64,000 nt of DNA. It comes from Setoptus koraiensis. Its lineage: Eukaryota > Animalia > Arthropoda. The notes under the pieces are model-generated. The model was not told the DNA's origin. It made no database searches and saw nothing but the letters and a program-made list of their open reading frames with translations. Position numbers and translations under genes: made by a program. This document shows, piece after piece, positions 62,762-64,000 of this stretch (positions are counted from its first letter, which is position 1; the number at the start of each line of letters is the position of its first letter). The stretch spans positions 11,842,001 to 11,906,000 of the forward strand of contig CM106586.1 in the NCBI GenBank assembly GCA_048013815.1. The letters are read 5' to 3'.

Positions 62762-64000
62762 TCACTCGAAAATATTTCTTACATTTTTACCAACCATTGG
62801 CAAGTTTTCGAGTGTCACTGGATATCTAGCTGCGATTAAAAATGTGATATTCCGGACATCGTGTAGATCATCCCTTACATAAATCAGTCGCTCTACGTTC
62901 CAGGTAGTCATGAACTGCTGATGAATTAGCAGATTCTGTATGGCATGATATATTTTTGTGAACTGACATTGAGAATAATACAAATGGGGGTTGATATTGG
63001 TTGAAAGATGAAGATGTTCAAGTTGCACCCAGGATCGAAGGATAAAGTTCAATAGGCTTAAAGCTTGTACCAACATACTGACCCTGCTATGGATAACACC
63101 AACAGTGAAGCTTATATACACAACAGGAAACGAAAAACCAAGAAAAAGAGAACTTAATGCTGGGAGTTCTGGATCTTTAAAGTCTGGCATTCTCATGATG
63201 GTGGCAACAGTCAACATGACACACGGCATCATGAAAATAAGTTCTAAATTTAGATAGTCGTTGAAATTTCGCTTTAATTGACCAAAATCGCCGCGCAACC
63301 CAGATATCATTCTTATAAGTTTCTCAACATGGTTGGATATCTCAATCGAATTCTCAGTTTTATTCCTTCTGATTAAAACACTGACTGAATTGAATTCTCG
63401 GTGAAACAAATTTCTAGGATGATGGTTGAAAGTCTTGTCGTCCATGGCTGCCAGTATTTTCAGTCTATTTTTGTGAATTCTAGTTTGCTTACGATAGAGT
63501 TCATTCAATTCTCTGGCATATCTCAGTGTGCGCTTTGCTTTGCTAAAACAAACGAAACAATCCCAAATAAATGGTGTAATATCTAAAAATTGATGGAGTA
63601 TTATATGATTCAAGATAACGCCAAGCAAAATAGAAATGAGGCGCTCTGTCGTGAATAATTTCTCGGAATCTTGATAGTTATACACCTTACTGGATATTAA
63701 CATCGGGAAAACAGCCACACCCAAGAGAAAAAATAGTGATAACCACCCTAAAACTATCCAATGAGCTAAAAATCTCATTGACGCTTTATCGACCATGTGA
63801 GGACTGCCATTTTTCAGAAAATGTTTGGGAAATTTAAGCTGATAATTGATCTCCCGAAAATCATCGTTGAAATCAAACAATATTTCATGCCTCGCGTTGC
63901 TCGAATTTCCGGATTTCGCCGATTTCGCACTGGCGTCACATACATCTATGTAGCTACTTCTAGATTTATGATAACCGAAATTAGCTTCGATGCGATTAAA
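62762..64000 (-). CDS. Multi-pass membrane protein, possibly a divergent gustatory-receptor-like chemoreceptor; 5'-truncated by the window edge
   Basis: Frame stays open from 63880 to the window end; several hydrophobic helices with a long basic loop. No canonical TYhhhhhQF motif, so the family call is weak although coding status is likely. Confidence 0.6.
   Translation of the reverse strand, partial: FNRIEANFGYHKSRSSYIDVCDASAKSAKSGNSSNARHEILFDFNDDFREINYQLKFPKHFLKNGSPHMVDKASMRFLAHWIVLGWLSLFFLLGVAVFPMLISSKVYNYQDSEKLFTTERLISILLGVILNHIILHQFLDITPFIWDCFVCFSKAKRTLRYARELNELYRKQTRIHKNRLKILAAMDDKTFNHHPRNLFHREFNSVSVLIRRNKTENSIEISNHVEKLIRMISGLRGDFGQLKRNFNDYLNLELIFMMPCVMLTVATIMRMPDFKDPELPALSSLFLGFSFPVVYISFTVGVIHSRVSMLVQALSLLNFILRSWVQLEHLHLSTNINPHLYYSQCQFTKIYHAIQNLLIHQQFMTTWNVERLIYVRDDLHDVRNITFLIAARYPVTLENLPMVGKNVRNIFE

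Overview
Eukaryotic arthropod DNA, most likely a mite or other chelicerate (inferred from gene content and intron-poor housekeeping genes; the species cannot be determined from sequence alone). I rebuilt spliced genes by hand from the ORF track and GT-AG signals. In order: an intact Tc1/mariner DD37E transposase next to a 500-N gap; an NRF-6-type acyltransferase-3; an orphan secreted protein; an intronless CYP3-clan-like P450; a decayed Mutator-like transposase; a ~1,770-aa three-exon secreted mucin-like protein with several furin-type sites; RpL7; a TPD52-family gene; a nine-exon Lys-rich DUF4779-like gene; a single-EGF type-I membrane protein; an allatotropin precursor; a TA-flanked MITE; a full-length Tigger (DD32D) element with intact ORF and TIRs; CHMP1B; and a 5'-truncated multi-TM, possibly chemoreceptor-like ORF. 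The most striking non-coding signals are a long heat-shock-element-like array (49327-49415) with no hsp gene nearby, a GC-rich structured island between RpL7 and TPD52, a tetO2-identical 17-mer in the inferred RpL7 5'UTR intron, and competing complementary elements around one DUF4779 exon. I recognised no tRNA, rRNA, snRNA or CRISPR array. All family names rest on motifs recognised by eye, not on database searches.
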